64,000 nucleotides of DNA. Source: an uncultured Chloroflexia bacterium. Its GTDB lineage: Bacteria > Chloroflexota > Limnocylindria > Limnocylindrales > CSP1-4. Where the stretch lies: the NCBI GenBank assembly GCA_963746845.1, contig CAVVCZ010000006.1, positions 288,001-352,000 of the forward strand, read 5' to 3'. Shown piece after piece: positions 13,284-23,731 of this stretch (the first letter of the stretch is position 1; every line of letters starts with the position of its first letter). The notes under the pieces are model-generated. The model was not told where the DNA came from. It was given only the letters and a program-made list of their open reading frames with translations, and did no database searches. The translations under genes and the position numbers were made by a program.

Positions 13284-14138
13284 TCAGTTCCAGAGGGACG
13301 GTCGCCAGCGATCCGTCCCGGCTTCCCGTTTCTGACGGTCCATCGTCGCGAGGATCAGGAGCGCCTCGAGCCCCGTCTCCACGCAGGCGGCTTCTGCTGC
13401 GTCCTTTGCCGCTCCCTCGATGAATGCCCCGGTCGTGCGCTGCGCGTAGACCGCACAGACGACGCCGGCCCGGCATCGAGCGAGTGTCGCGAGCACCAGC
13501 AGTGCCGACGCCTCCATCTCGAAGTTCATGACGCGCTGGCGCGCCATGTCCTCAGCCAGGTCAGGGTAACGGATGGGCAACTGCGGGATCGGGCGCCCTT
13601 GCGCACCGAAGAACCCGGGTGCCGTGGCCGTCACCCCGACATGGGTCCGGTGTCCGAGCCGCTCGGCGGCCTCGATGAGCGCCAGGACCGCCTCGTAATC
13701 GGCGACCGCCGGATACCCATCGTGGACGAAGAAGCTCGTGGTCGACTCGAGCCGGACAGCTCCGGTCGAGACGATCAGGTCTCCCAGGGCGATCTCCGGC
13801 TGGAGACTGCCGCAGGAGCCGACCCGAACGAAGGTCGGACGATCCGTGATCGCCAGGATCTCCGCCACCGTGATCTCGACGTTATCCGTGCCGATCCCGG
13901 TCGAGACGACCGAGACACGGGTGCCGCGATACGTTCCGGTGACCGACGCGAACTCCCGGTGGCGCCGCTCGAACTCCACGTCGTCAAGACGCGTGGCGAT
14001 CCGGGCGGTCCGATCGGGGTCACCGGGGAGGAGGATGTACTCGGCCAGTTCACCCGGTCCGAGTCCGATGTGGTATTGCCGGTCTCCGACGGGGAGTGCT
14101 ACGCGGGGATCCGCGTTCGGCAAGACCTCGTCCCTCAC
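13284..14138 (-). CDS. udp: Uridine/nucleoside phosphorylase (PNP_UDP_1)
   Basis: QYHIGL, LLPGDPDR, HREF, STGIG, RVGSCG, FFGAQGR, NFEME; start uncertain (GTG 14138 or TTG 14123). Confidence 0.85.
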   Translation of the reverse strand: MRDEVLPNADPRVALPVGDRQYHIGLGPGELAEYILLPGDPDRTARIATRLDDVEFERRHREFASVTGTYRGTRVSVVSTGIGTDNVEITVAEILAITDRPTFVRVGSCGSLQPEIALGDLIVSTGAVRLESTTSFFVHDGYPAVADYEAVLALIEAAERLGHRTHVGVTATAPGFFGAQGRPIPQLPIRYPDLAEDMARQRVMNFEMEASALLVLATLARCRAGVVCAVYAQRTTGAFIEGAAKDAAEAACVETGLEALLILATMDRQKREAGTDRWRPSLWN

Positions 14139-14294
14139 TCTGGCGTGCTTCGCTGGCGCGAAACTCGGGCGAGGATAGTCCCGGGCTCTTCGGAGCGTCA
14201 AGCACGGCCACGCACGAGCCACGCTCGGCGGACCCCGCTCCGGGCGGCCTCCGGCGCCCGTCCGGGTCCATGGTCGGGCCCGTCGCGGAGGTGG

Positions 14295-17200
14295 TCACCG
14301 AGCCGGGCCGCCTGACTCGGGCGGCCGGGAGGCGTCGATCGAGACCGGTGTCATCCCCGGCGTGATGGCGGGTAGGGCCGTCGCCGCGGGCCCCACGAGG
14401 ACCTCCAGGCGGGCGGCGATCCGCGCCGCGAGGCGGCGGCGTGAGCGCTCGCGCCGGAGGATGGTGACGCCGAGCGAGGCGAGCGCGACAAGCACGATCC
14501 CGGTGATCCCGAGCTCCGGGGCGAACGGATCCGAGACGCCCGCCGCGATCGGCGTGTCACCCGTGCCGAGCGCCGATCCGAGGTCGGCCGTCGCCGGGTC
14601 GGAGCCGGTCGCCGATGGGGCCACGCTGCCCCCGCCGTCTGCCACGAGGTCGCCCACCCGAACGATCCCGGCCGGATCATCGACGACGATCACGGTCGCG
14701 TCTGCGTCGACGCCGGATCCTCGTTCGACCCGTCCGATCGCGCTCAGCGCGTCATCCGCCGACAGATCCGTCAGGCCGTCGAGCGCCGCGCCGCGAAGCA
14801 CGACCCGGGCCACCGCGGTGCCGTCGTCCAGACGGAACCCGTCCGTTTCGAGCCCGGCGACGAGCCCACCGACCCGGACGGTCTGGCCGACGTGCTCGTC
14901 GATCGCGACGAGATCGATGTCCGTCGCGGCCGCGGCGAGACCGGTGGCACCGCCGGCGGCCGCGCCGGACGATGAGCCAGCGGGACCGCCCCGCTGGGTG
15001 CCCGGCTTGCCGCCGGTCGTCCCGGCACCGGCATCGTCGATCGGCCCACCGATCGTCACGTCACGAGCCGAGCGGGGCAGGATCGCGAAGCGGCGGTCCG
15101 TCGCCGACGGGTACGGCCGGCGCACGATGCCGACGATCGTCGCGGTCCGGCCCTCGACGATCGCGCTGGCCGGGATCCCGGCACCGGCGAGGCCGAGGAT
15201 CGGGATCCGTTTGCCGCCGACGAGCAGCTCGGCACCCCAGCGGTCGCCCGACCGATGGAGGTCGACGACGTCGCCCCGGACCCGGACGAGCCGCCACTCG
15301 TGCGCGGCGCCCGGCGCGGTCCGGAGCTCCAGCACCTTCGCCGTGTCGCCCCCGAGGCGTCGGACCTCGTCGGCTCGGATCCGCGGCGCGCCGTACGCGA
15401 TGCCGAGGTCGCCGCTCACCCGGACGTGGGTGCCGACCGGTGGGGCGGACGTGCCCGTCGGCAGGAGGACCTCGATCGCCGCGGACCGGTCCTGGATCAC
15501 GATCCGGCGGCCGGTCGCGTCGAGGAGGCGCGGGCCGATCGTCACGACGCCGTCGACGGTCACGTGGCCCGTCTTCGCGAGGATCGCGGCCGCGATCGTC
15601 ATCGGCGATCCGGCTGATCCGCCGGGGAGCGTCGATCCCGACGGTCCGGGGCGTGGTGTCGGGGTCGCCTTCCCGCCGCCGATGCGGACGATGTCAGCGG
15701 CATCACGCAGACAGATCCGGAAGCCGTCGGCCGCGCCCTTGCGGCTCGCACGCTGGCCGACGACGCCCGTTACGCGCAGCCGCGCGTGAGCGGCGATCGA
15801 GGATGCGGCGATCCGTGACGACCCGTCGGCGGCGATGCGGATCGATCCACCGGCCGACGTGAGCGTGAACGAGAAGTCACCGCCGGGCGCCTTCGACGGC
15901 TTCGCATCCACGGTGCCTTCGACCGTCACGAGCCGTGCCTCGACGGCCTCGCCGATGCCCGCCGGGCCGACGGCCGACGAGCTCGGTGGACCTTCGGTCC
16001 CGAGGACGCGGAGCCCGCCGACGAGACCGCGGAGCTCGAGCTGACCGAACGGGTCGGCGAGCGTGCCGGTGAGCTCGACCCGGACGCCGCGGGCGGGGTG
16101 CGGGTCGGTGTCGGACAGTCGGACGACGATCCCGGCCGTTGCGTCCTGGATCGCGATCAGCGGCGGCGTGCCGAGCCTGCCGGCCTCGGCCGTCACGATG
16201 CCGGTGACGCTGACCCGGCCGCCGACGGGGCGCATCCGCGCGGCGGCGATCGTCGTTGTCGGTGCGCTCGGGGCGGGGGTCGGGTTCGGGGCTGGCGTCG
16301 GCGTCGGCGTCGGGGCCCGGGTCGGAGTCGGCGTCGGGGCCCCGGTCGGAGTCGGCGTCGGGGCGCTCGGCATCGGCACCGACGTCGGAGCAGGTGTCGG
16401 CGTCGGGGTTGGCGTCGGCGTCGGAACGGGCGTGGGAGCCGGCGGCGCCTCCACGGTCACCTCACCGGCCAGCGTCGCGTGAAGACGATATCCGGCCGTT
16501 CCGCTGCCGCTGCTGTCGCGCTGCCCGAGCGGGCCGGTCGCGTGGACGAGGTCCCCGGTGTGGATCGTCGCGACCCCGAGAGCGAGCGACCCGACCACGA
16601 TCCGGAGCGGCCCGGTTCCGTCGTCGATCGTGACGCCGAGTCCGTCGGCGAGCGCCGCCGGCGCCTCCGTGACCACGCCGCCCACCGTCAGTCGCAGGCC
16701 CTCGAGCGGCTCGCCGGTCGCTCCGGTCTCCGCCCCGACCGGCGCCGGGATCTCCGCGGGTCCACCCACCGTGATCGACGCCGCCGCGACGTTCAGCACG
16801 CGCAGGTTGAAGTAGCCGCCGAGCGTGCCGGTGACGGTCACCGAGCTTCCGGCGGGGATCGGCGCTTCGATCGCCGTATCGAGTCGGACGGCGATCCCAC
16901 CGGTGACGTCCTGGACGAACCCGACCCGTGCCGAGTCGATCGCCCCGAGGTCGGTCGTCAGCACGCCGGCGACCGTGGCGGTGCTTCCGTCGGTCAGCTG
17001 ACGGGCATCCGCGATCCCGATGATCGTCGGGGTCGGGGCCGGCGTCGGAACGGGCGTCGGGGTTGGCGTGGGCACCGGGGTGGGCGTCGGCGTGGGGACG
17101 GGCGTCGGGACGGGTGTCGGCGTCGGCGTGGGGATGGGGGTGGGCACCAGGGTGGGCGTCGGCGTCGGCGTGGGCGTCCCGCTCGATCCGCCGATCGGTG

Positions 17201-17846
17201 GCGCCGCGAGGTTCTGCGGGTTCGGCGGAGCGACGACGAAGTCGGCCGAGTTGACGTTCGTGTCAGCCGCATTTCCGGCCGCGCCACCCGGCAGCCGTTC
17301 CAGGCTCGATCCGGCCGGCGGCGCGGGCGCGGCCGTCCCCTCCACGAAGGCGTTCGTCGCGTCGCCCCACGCGACCGCGTCGATCGGCGATCCGCCGACC
17401 AGCCGCAGCACGACCGCGCCACCCGTGGCGGCAAATCCGGACGCATACGTCGCATCGGCGATGGCGGCGTGGATCCCGGCAGCGTTCGCGATCACGAGGT
17501 GCCGGCCCGGATCGAGGGGGGTCGATGCCGTCCAGGTCGCCTTCCTCGTGACCGTCGAGCCAGTCGAGGTCGCGTACACGACCTCGAGACCCAGCAGGTC
17601 GACTGGGGCGGACCCGGCGTTGTACAGCTCGACAAGCTCGTCGGACGCAGAGTTGCCACCCGTCTGGACCTCGGAGATCACGAGCGCCGAGACCGGCCAG
17701 GCGACGGCCGCGGCGACCGCCGGACCGCTTGCGACCGACGCGCGTGCGTCCGGCCGGCGGGCCGCTTCGGCCAGCGAGACCACGGCAAGGGCGAGGACCA
17801 GGGCAATCGGCAGGGCCACCGGCCCTGCGCGTCGGGCACGCGACAT
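14295..17846 (-). CDS. Large secreted, membrane-anchored protein: lamin-tail domain, PT linkers, multiple OB-fold repeats
   Basis: Signal peptide; [24 protein letters not shown] motif; repeated 'IAxAR...VTVxGVVT' OB units; C-terminal TM plus Arg-rich tail. Confidence 0.8.
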   Translation of the reverse strand: MSRARRAGPVALPIALVLALAVVSLAEAARRPDARASVASGPAVAAAVAWPVSALVISEVQTGGNSASDELVELYNAGSAPVDLLGLEVVYATSTGSTVTRKATWTASTPLDPGRHLVIANAAGIHAAIADATYASGFAATGGAVVLRLVGGSPIDAVAWGDATNAFVEGTAAPAPPAGSSLERLPGGAAGNAADTNVNSADFVVAPPNPQNLAAPPIGGSSGTPTPTPTPTLVPTPIPTPTPTPVPTPVPTPTPTPVPTPTPTPVPTPAPTPTIIGIADARQLTDGSTATVAGVLTTDLGAIDSARVGFVQDVTGGIAVRLDTAIEAPIPAGSSVTVTGTLGGYFNLRVLNVAAASITVGGPAEIPAPVGAETGATGEPLEGLRLTVGGVVTEAPAALADGLGVTIDDGTGPLRIVVGSLALGVATIHTGDLVHATGPLGQRDSSGSGTAGYRLHATLAGEVTVEAPPAPTPVPTPTPTPTPTPAPTSVPMPSAPTPTPTGAPTPTPTRAPTPTPTPAPNPTPAPSAPTTTIAAARMRPVGGRVSVTGIVTAEAGRLGTPPLIAIQDATAGIVVRLSDTDPHPARGVRVELTGTLADPFGQLELRGLVGGLRVLGTEGPPSSSAVGPAGIGEAVEARLVTVEGTVDAKPSKAPGGDFSFTLTSAGGSIRIAADGSSRIAASSIAAHARLRVTGVVGQRASRKGAADGFRICLRDAADIVRIGGGKATPTPRPGPSGSTLPGGSAGSPMTIAAAILAKTGHVTVDGVVTIGPRLLDATGRRIVIQDRSAAIEVLLPTGTSAPPVGTHVRVSGDLGIAYGAPRIRADEVRRLGGDTAKVLELRTAPGAAHEWRLVRVRGDVVDLHRSGDRWGAELLVGGKRIPILGLAGAGIPASAIVEGRTATIVGIVRRPYPSATDRRFAILPRSARDVTIGGPIDDAGAGTTGGKPGTQRGGPAGSSSGAAAGGATGLAAAATDIDLVAIDEHVGQTVRVGGLVAGLETDGFRLDDGTAVARVVLRGAALDGLTDLSADDALSAIGRVERGSGVDADATVIVVDDPAGIVRVGDLVADGGGSVAPSATGSDPATADLGSALGTGDTPIAAGVSDPFAPELGITGIVLVALASLGVTILRRERSRRRLAARIAARLEVLVGPAATALPAITPGMTPVSIDASRPPESGGPAR
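16270..16440 (-). repeat. (Pro-Thr)n coding low-complexity linker
   Basis: Degenerate ccgacg tandem repeats encoding PTPTPT. Confidence 0.8.
17028..17176 (-). repeat. (Pro-Thr)n coding low-complexity linker
   Basis: Degenerate hexamer repeats encoding [10 protein letters not shown]. Confidence 0.8.
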
Positions 17847-18125
17847 CGACGACCTCCCGGCGGGTGTCGGGATGGGTGGCCGGGCGGACGTCGACGGTCG
17901 TCGTCATGGCCGGATGGCGGCGGACCGACGTTGTAGCAGGCGACGATCGACCTGCGGTGCATCACGACTTCGCCGCCGCTTCACCGCGACGGCACTGGCG
18001 CTCACCACCAGCCGGGCCGCTCGGCGGCGATCGGCCACCCGACCGCGTACGATGGATGCCTTCCGTCACCCGACCGACGACCATCTCGTCCGAGCCGCCC
18101 GTCGGCCGAGCCCCGTGGAGGCACC

Positions 18126-18920
18126 GTGGCCCGAGCCAAGAGAACCAATCGAGCCGAGGCGCGCCGGCGCTACCGCGCGACGCTCGCGGAGACCGACATC
18201 GACGCCGAGTCCGTCGACGGCGACGCCGCCGCGGCGACCGGCGCCGCGACCGCGACCGCGACCGCGACCGCATCGAAGTCGGCGGCGCCGACGCGATCCG
18301 GCGCCGGCAAGGCGCCCCCGCCCGAGCTGCAGCGACCGGGGATCGCCACCGCGTTCCGGCAGGCCTTCCGGCCGCTGGATCTCCGCGGCGACCTGCGTGC
18401 GCTGCCGCGGCTCCTCATCCATCCCGCGTTCCTCGTCCCGGTGATCCTGTCGGGCCTGTCGGTCGCGCTGATTCCGCTCGTCGGGCTGAACGCGCTCACC
18501 TCGACCTTCTACCAGTACTTCTCGTTCACGGCCCCGCTCGGCACCTCGTTCATCGCGGGCTTCTTCGCGCCACGCGCGAGCTACCTGATCGGCGCCCTCG
18601 CGGCGCTCGCGTCGGTCGGCTTCCAGGCCATCGCGTACACCTTCGGCTCGTTCGGTGGATTCCTCGACGCCTTCACCGACCCGGCGACGGGCCAGGCGAT
18701 GAGCCACCAGGCGGCGGCGCAGCTGATCCTCAGCCAGGCGTTGTTCGTCGGCGTCCCGTCGGCTGCGTTCTTCGCGGCGGCGGCGGCCTGGTATCGACGG
18801 TTCCTCCGGGGCGCGAACCCGAACCGGGGCCGGCAGGCCGCCCAGCAGTCGTCGAAGCGACCGGACGGCAAGGTCCCGAAGAAGCAGGAACAGCGCCCGC
18901 TCCTGGCCAGGAGGCGCTGA
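18126..18920 (+). CDS. Hypothetical membrane protein with basic termini
   Basis: GGAGG RBS; MARAKRTNRAEARRRYR; 4-5 TM segments; 4x gcgacc repeat at 18246-18269. Confidence 0.75.
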   Translation: MARAKRTNRAEARRRYRATLAETDIDAESVDGDAAAATGAATATATATASKSAAPTRSGAGKAPPPELQRPGIATAFRQAFRPLDLRGDLRALPRLLIHPAFLVPVILSGLSVALIPLVGLNALTSTFYQYFSFTAPLGTSFIAGFFAPRASYLIGALAALASVGFQAIAYTFGSFGGFLDAFTDPATGQAMSHQAAAQLILSQALFVGVPSAAFFAAAAAWYRRFLRGANPNRGRQAAQQSSKRPDGKVPKKQEQRPLLARRR

Positions 18921-18954
18921 CACCGGTCGTCGCGCCTGGACGACGCTGTCGGGT

Positions 18955-21900
18955 CTAGCCCAGGCGGCGCATCCCCGCGTAGCCGAGGGCCTTGACGCCT
19001 TCGGGGCGGGCCGGAGCTCCGGCCGTGGCCGTGACCTCGACCAGCGCCTGCACGTCCCTCGCGATCACGTTCACCACCGACGACTCGCGCTGAAGGTCAC
19101 CGTCGACCAGGAGCAGCGCGTGACGGCGGACGATGCCACGGAGCCGGGCCCAGGTGTCCGGCCAGAGCGTGACGTTGACCATGCCCGTCTCGTCCTCGAG
19201 CGCCAGGAAGACCGTGCCCTTCGCCGTCATCGGGTGCTGGCGGGTGACGACGAGCCCACCGATCCGGACCCGGCCCGGCGTGCGGTCGTTGAGCGCGGCG
19301 TTCGTCACCGCCCCGAGCCGGTCCAGCGCCGGCCGGTACAGCGTCACCACCTGCCGTCGCGCGTCGAGCCCGATCACCGCGTAGGCGTCGCCGATCCGCT
19401 CCGACTCGGTGAGGCCGGGGAGCGTCGGCGCGTCCGTCGCGGGCAGGCGGAGCGCCATCGGTCGGGAGGCGGCCCGGGTGAACGCGCCGCCGCGGGTCGA
19501 ACGCCCGTCGAGGCGCCCCCGTGTCGCGCCCGCAACCTCGCGGAGCTGCCAGAGGAGCTCCCGCCGTGGCCGGCCGAGCGAATCCAGCGCTCCGACCCGG
19601 ATCAGTCGCTCGAGGGTCTCCTCGTGCAGCCCGGTCCGCTCGACGACGTCGGCGAGCGACCGGTACGGCCCGCGCGCCAGCTCGGCGTCGAGCAGCTCCC
19701 TGTGCTCCTCGCCGATCCCCTTGACGAGCCGCAACCCCAGCCGGACCCCCCAGCCGACGGCGCTCTCGGCGGCCCATCGTTCGCGCGCCTCGTCCGACGG
19801 GATCGTGCAGCCGCTCGACCGGACCGGCGCGGGCCGGCGCTCGATGCCGGCGTCCTCGGGGAGCGGCTCACCCGGCCCGTCGTCGCCCTCCCCGATCGCC
19901 CAGCCCGGCCGCCCGACCCACTCGGTCGTCGTCGCGTAGGTCGAGCGGTTGATGTCAACCGGGAGGACCGCGACGCCGTGGCGCTTCGCGTCGTTGACGA
20001 GGACCTCGACCGGGTAGAAGCCCATCGGCTGGGCGTTGATCAGCCCGACGACGAACTGGGCCGGGTAGAACAGCTTCAGGAAGCTCGACTCGTAGGCGGT
20101 CCGGGCGAACGCGGCCGCGTGGCTCTTCGCGAAGCCAAAGCTCGCGAACGCGGCGACCTGGCGGAACAGCTCCTCCGCGATGTCCTCGGTCATCCCGGGT
20201 TGCTTCATGCAGCCGTCATGGAAGCGAGCGTGGAGCTTCTCCATCTCGCGGGTCGATCGCCACGTGCCCATCGCCCGGCGGAAGCCGTCGCTCTCGGCCG
20301 GGCTGAACCCGGCGACCTCGATCGCGATCCGCATCACCTGCTCCTGGTAGAGGATCACGCCCATCGAGTCCTTGAGGACCGGCTCGAGGCTCGGGTGGAG
20401 GTAGGTCACCGGCTCGAGGCCCTGCTTCCGGCGCAGGTACGGGTGGACGGCGTTGCCCTGGATCGGGCCGGGCCGGATGATCGCGACCTCGACGACGAGG
20501 TCGTCCAGGTTCGACGGGGTCGACTTCGGCAGGGTCTGCATCTGGGCCCGGCTCTCGACCTGGAAGACCCCGACGGTGTCGGCCGCCTGGAGCATCGCGA
20601 AGACCTCCGGCACCGACTCCGGGAGCCGGTCGAGGTCGAGGCAGACCGCGCAGTCGTGCTCGATCAGCTGGAGCGTCTCGTCGATCGCGGCGAGCATCCC
20701 GAGCCCGAGCAGGTCGAGCTTGATCAGCTTGATCGCCTCGACGTCACGCTTGTCGAACTGGACGACGACGCGGTCCTTCATCGTCGCGCGCTCCAGCGGG
20801 GCGATGTCGATCAGCGGGGCCGCGGTCACGAGCATCCCGCCGCTGTGGATGCTGAGGTGGCGCGGGAAGCCGTCGATCCGGGCGCAGAACTCGAGCCAGC
20901 GCTCCCAGTCGGAGAGGCCGACCGTGCTGCCGCCGAGGGGCTGGGGCGGCAGCTCCGGCTCGACGCGGGCGACGCTCGAATGGTCGCCGCCCCGGCCCAT
21001 CGCCGCGGTCTTCGGCGCCGGCGGATCCCAGTGGTTGGGTCGGCCCAGCCGATCCGCCTTGCGCGCCGGCGGCTCCGGCATCCCGCTCTCCGGGTCGATC
21101 GCGCGGCCGCCCTGGCCATCGGGGAGCAGCGCCGGCGCGACGAGCCGCTCGCGATCCGCCGCGTAGCCGGTCCCACGACCCTCGCGCAGCCAGGCGACGC
21201 TCGCCGGGGTGTCGCCGGGGCCGCCCTCGTCGTCGCCGTTCCGGCTCGGCCGGATCGCGGTCCGCGGCGCGAGCGCGTCGGGGAGGACGCCGCCAGTCCG
21301 CTTCGCGTCGCCGACATGCGCCGGAGTGCTATTCCTCGCGCGTCGATTGCCAGAAGCGAGGTCTGGAAGGACGATCCGAGCGCGCTCGAGCGTGGCCGAC
21401 GGCCCGTCCGGACCCCTCGACGCGTCTTGTGGCCCCACTTCCCCTGCGGGTAGCACTGGGGGTGATATCGCCTCGGACAGCGCCCCGCCCAGCCACGCGA
21501 ACGGCCGCGGCGCGTCCGGGTCCACCGGCTTCGGTGGCTGGCGCCAGGGCGGGACCTTCCCGACCAGCGGCATCCGTGTGTTCAGCTGGCCCATGCCGTC
21601 GACGAAGCCGCGCGTCTCCGCCTCCGCCGCGGCGCCCGACTCGGCCGGCAGGCCATCCCCGGGCCGCTTGAAGAACTCGGCGAAGCCGCCGTCCGCCTCC
21701 AGGTCGCGCCGGACCATCACCGAGTCGTACGTCTCGAGCGCCTTCGCCACCCGGTCGACCAGCGGCCGCGGGAACCCGAGCGCGACCCCGACCTCGCGCA
21801 CGGCCGACCGCGCCCGGTACGTCACGAGGTTGCAGACCATCCCCGTGTGCTCCGGGCCGTAGCGGTTGTAGATGTACTGGATGACCTCCTCGCGCCGCTC

Positions 21901-23313
21901 CGAGCTGAAGTCGATGTCGACGTCCGGGTAGGTCGTCCGGCCCTCGTTGATGAACCGCTCGAACAGCAGGTTGTGCTGGATCGGCTCGACCCGGCTGATC
22001 CCGAGCGTGTACGACACGATCGAGCTGGTCGCGCTGCCCCGGCCCTGGGCCGGGATCCCCCGCTCCTTCGCGTAGCGCATCAGGTCCCAGCAGATCAGGA
22101 AGAACTCGGCGAGCCCCGCCCGCTCGATCACGTCGAGCTCGTGGGCGAGCCGGTTGACGACGGCCGGGGTCAGCGGGTGGTAGCGCTTCTTCGCGCCGGT
22201 CCAGCACAGCTCGGACAGGTACGAGAACGGCGTCTCGTTGCGGGGCACCGGGAAGCCCGGAAAGCGGTACTGCTCGAAGCCGAGGTCGACCCGGCATGCG
22301 GCGGCGAGGTCGGCAGCGCGGGCGATCCCCGCCGACCAGGCACGGGCCACGTCGCGGCCGAGCGACCCGTCGCCGGGCGGGAGCGCCGCCATCTCCCCGG
22401 CCGACTTGAGGAACGACTCGCCGTCCGCTCGCCGCAGGTCCGCGAGCGCGTCGAGCGTTCGCCCGTGGCGGATCGCCGTGAGCACGTCCTGGAACTCGCG
22501 GCCTTCCGGCCGGGCGTAATGGACGTCGTTCGTCACGACCACCGGCAATCCCAGCTCATCGGCGAGTGCCACCGTCTCCGTCACGAGCCAGTCGTCGTCG
22601 GGCAGGCGGTGGTGGGACAGCTCGAGATGGAACCCGTCCCGGCCGTAGCGCTCCGCCAGCACCGCCGCTGCCGCCCGCGCCCCGGCGCGGTCCCCGGCGA
22701 GCAGCCGCCGGGCGATCTCGCCCTCGCGACAGCCCGACAGCGCGACCAGCCCCTCGGTGTGCTCGGCGAGAAGCGCCCCGTCGAACCGGGGCATCGCCTT
22801 CGTCCCGGCGAGGTTGGCCCGGGAGACGAGCCGGCACAGGCTCCGATAGCCAGTCGCGTCGCGCGCCAGCAGCACGAGATGCGGGCCGCGCTGCCGCTCG
22901 CCGATCCCGCGCTGGTCCTCCTTGACCGCCTCGCGATGACCGGGCAGCCGGGCGCGCTCGGGACGCGGTCGATCGGGCTCGCCCTCACGAGCAGCGGAGT
23001 CCTCCGCGGCCGGGCCGATCAGGTGCTTCCGACGGCCGCCACGCCGGGCGGTGCGCCGGGCCGGGACGACGATCCGATCCGGGTCGTCGACGATCGGATC
23101 GCGCAGCTCGATCTCCACGCCGAGGACCGGCTGCAGCCCGACCTCCTCGAATGCGGACGTGGCGCGGACGACCCCGTACAGACCCTGGTGATCGGTGATC
23201 CCGAGGCCGGTCAGCCCGAGCTCGACGGCCCGCTCGGCCAGCTCGTCGGGCGCCGAGGCGCCGTCCAGGAACGAGAAGTTCGTGTGGCAGTGGAGCTCGG
23301 CATAGGCGGCCAT
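18955..23313 (-). CDS. dnaE2: Error-prone DNA polymerase III alpha DnaE2 (ImuC) with large insertions
   Basis: YAELHCHTNFSFLDGAS PHP start, QGRGSA, PDVDIDFS, FPRHLSIHSGG, KLDLLGLGML, FQVESRAQM, FGFAKSHAAAFA, RQHPMTAKGTVF; LexA box upstream; imuAB nearby. Confidence 0.95.
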   Translation of the reverse strand: MAAYAELHCHTNFSFLDGASAPDELAERAVELGLTGLGITDHQGLYGVVRATSAFEEVGLQPVLGVEIELRDPIVDDPDRIVVPARRTARRGGRRKHLIGPAAEDSAAREGEPDRPRPERARLPGHREAVKEDQRGIGERQRGPHLVLLARDATGYRSLCRLVSRANLAGTKAMPRFDGALLAEHTEGLVALSGCREGEIARRLLAGDRAGARAAAAVLAERYGRDGFHLELSHHRLPDDDWLVTETVALADELGLPVVVTNDVHYARPEGREFQDVLTAIRHGRTLDALADLRRADGESFLKSAGEMAALPPGDGSLGRDVARAWSAGIARAADLAAACRVDLGFEQYRFPGFPVPRNETPFSYLSELCWTGAKKRYHPLTPAVVNRLAHELDVIERAGLAEFFLICWDLMRYAKERGIPAQGRGSATSSIVSYTLGISRVEPIQHNLLFERFINEGRTTYPDVDIDFSSERREEVIQYIYNRYGPEHTGMVCNLVTYRARSAVREVGVALGFPRPLVDRVAKALETYDSVMVRRDLEADGGFAEFFKRPGDGLPAESGAAAEAETRGFVDGMGQLNTRMPLVGKVPPWRQPPKPVDPDAPRPFAWLGGALSEAISPPVLPAGEVGPQDASRGPDGPSATLERARIVLPDLASGNRRARNSTPAHVGDAKRTGGVLPDALAPRTAIRPSRNGDDEGGPGDTPASVAWLREGRGTGYAADRERLVAPALLPDGQGGRAIDPESGMPEPPARKADRLGRPNHWDPPAPKTAAMGRGGDHSSVARVEPELPPQPLGGSTVGLSDWERWLEFCARIDGFPRHLSIHSGGMLVTAAPLIDIAPLERATMKDRVVVQFDKRDVEAIKLIKLDLLGLGMLAAIDETLQLIEHDCAVCLDLDRLPESVPEVFAMLQAADTVGVFQVESRAQMQTLPKSTPSNLDDLVVEVAIIRPGPIQGNAVHPYLRRKQGLEPVTYLHPSLEPVLKDSMGVILYQEQVMRIAIEVAGFSPAESDGFRRAMGTWRSTREMEKLHARFHDGCMKQPGMTEDIAEELFRQVAAFASFGFAKSHAAAFARTAYESSFLKLFYPAQFVVGLINAQPMGFYPVEVLVNDAKRHGVAVLPVDINRSTYATTTEWVGRPGWAIGEGDDGPGEPLPEDAGIERRPAPVRSSGCTIPSDEARERWAAESAVGWGVRLGLRLVKGIGEEHRELLDAELARGPYRSLADVVERTGLHEETLERLIRVGALDSLGRPRRELLWQLREVAGATRGRLDGRSTRGGAFTRAASRPMALRLPATDAPTLPGLTESERIGDAYAVIGLDARRQVVTLYRPALDRLGAVTNAALNDRTPGRVRIGGLVVTRQHPMTAKGTVFLALEDETGMVNVTLWPDTWARLRGIVRRHALLLVDGDLQRESSVVNVIARDVQALVEVTATAGAPARPEGVKALGYAGMRRLG

Positions 23314-23329
23314 CGGATCGTCTACGATA

Positions 23330-23341
23330 GAACAGATGTTC
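23330..23341. promoter_or_regulatory. LexA (SOS) box upstream of dnaE2
   Basis: GAACagatGTTC, 16 nt from the ATG. Confidence 0.9.
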
Positions 23342-23424
23342 GACGGTCGTCGAGCCCACCGGCGGCTCGAAAATCGTGAGCTGGACCGCGCAACAAGAGC
23401 GGCCTGTCCAGCGTCTACTGGCCC

Positions 23425-23553
23425 ATGAAGCGGGACGCGTCCAGTCTCCTCGCCATCACCCTGCGGACGGGGCTCATGGTCGGGCTCGCGATGATCCTGA
23501 TCCTCGTTCTTCTCCCCGCGGTGTTGGGAGCACAGGCGGCCGGGATCCGCTGA
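23425..23553 (+). CDS. Small single-TM peptide (42 aa)
   Basis: Manual translation MKRDASSLLAITLRTGLMVGLAMILILVLLPAVLGAQAAGIR. Confidence 0.55.
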   Translation: MKRDASSLLAITLRTGLMVGLAMILILVLLPAVLGAQAAGIR

Positions 23554-23731
23554 ACCATCAACCGTCCTGCGCCTGGGGGCCCGGGACGAGCGGCGGCAGA
23601 GATCGCGATGATCGATGCCGACCCGCCGCGAACCTGGTGAGCGGGTTTGCGGCCACAAGACCGCCGTCGTGCTGGGGCGCGACGGCGGTCTTCCTGTTCC
23701 GCCGACCCGGCCGGCCGTCTAGGATGCCCGC

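Noticed and set aside
16270-17176. Tandem repeats as a CRISPR array or contingency locus
   Set aside because: Degenerate in-frame hexamers encoding Pro-Thr linkers; no repeat-spacer structure or cas genes.
21451-21457. CIRCE half-site TAGCACT inside dnaE2
   Set aside because: The partner half-site is ~120 nt away and in the wrong order; it is intragenic and treated as the palindrome's end.
20908-21669. Intein in DnaE2
   Set aside because: No N-terminal Cys/Ser block, no His-Asn/Cys junction and no LAGLIDADG motif; the sequence is low-complexity.
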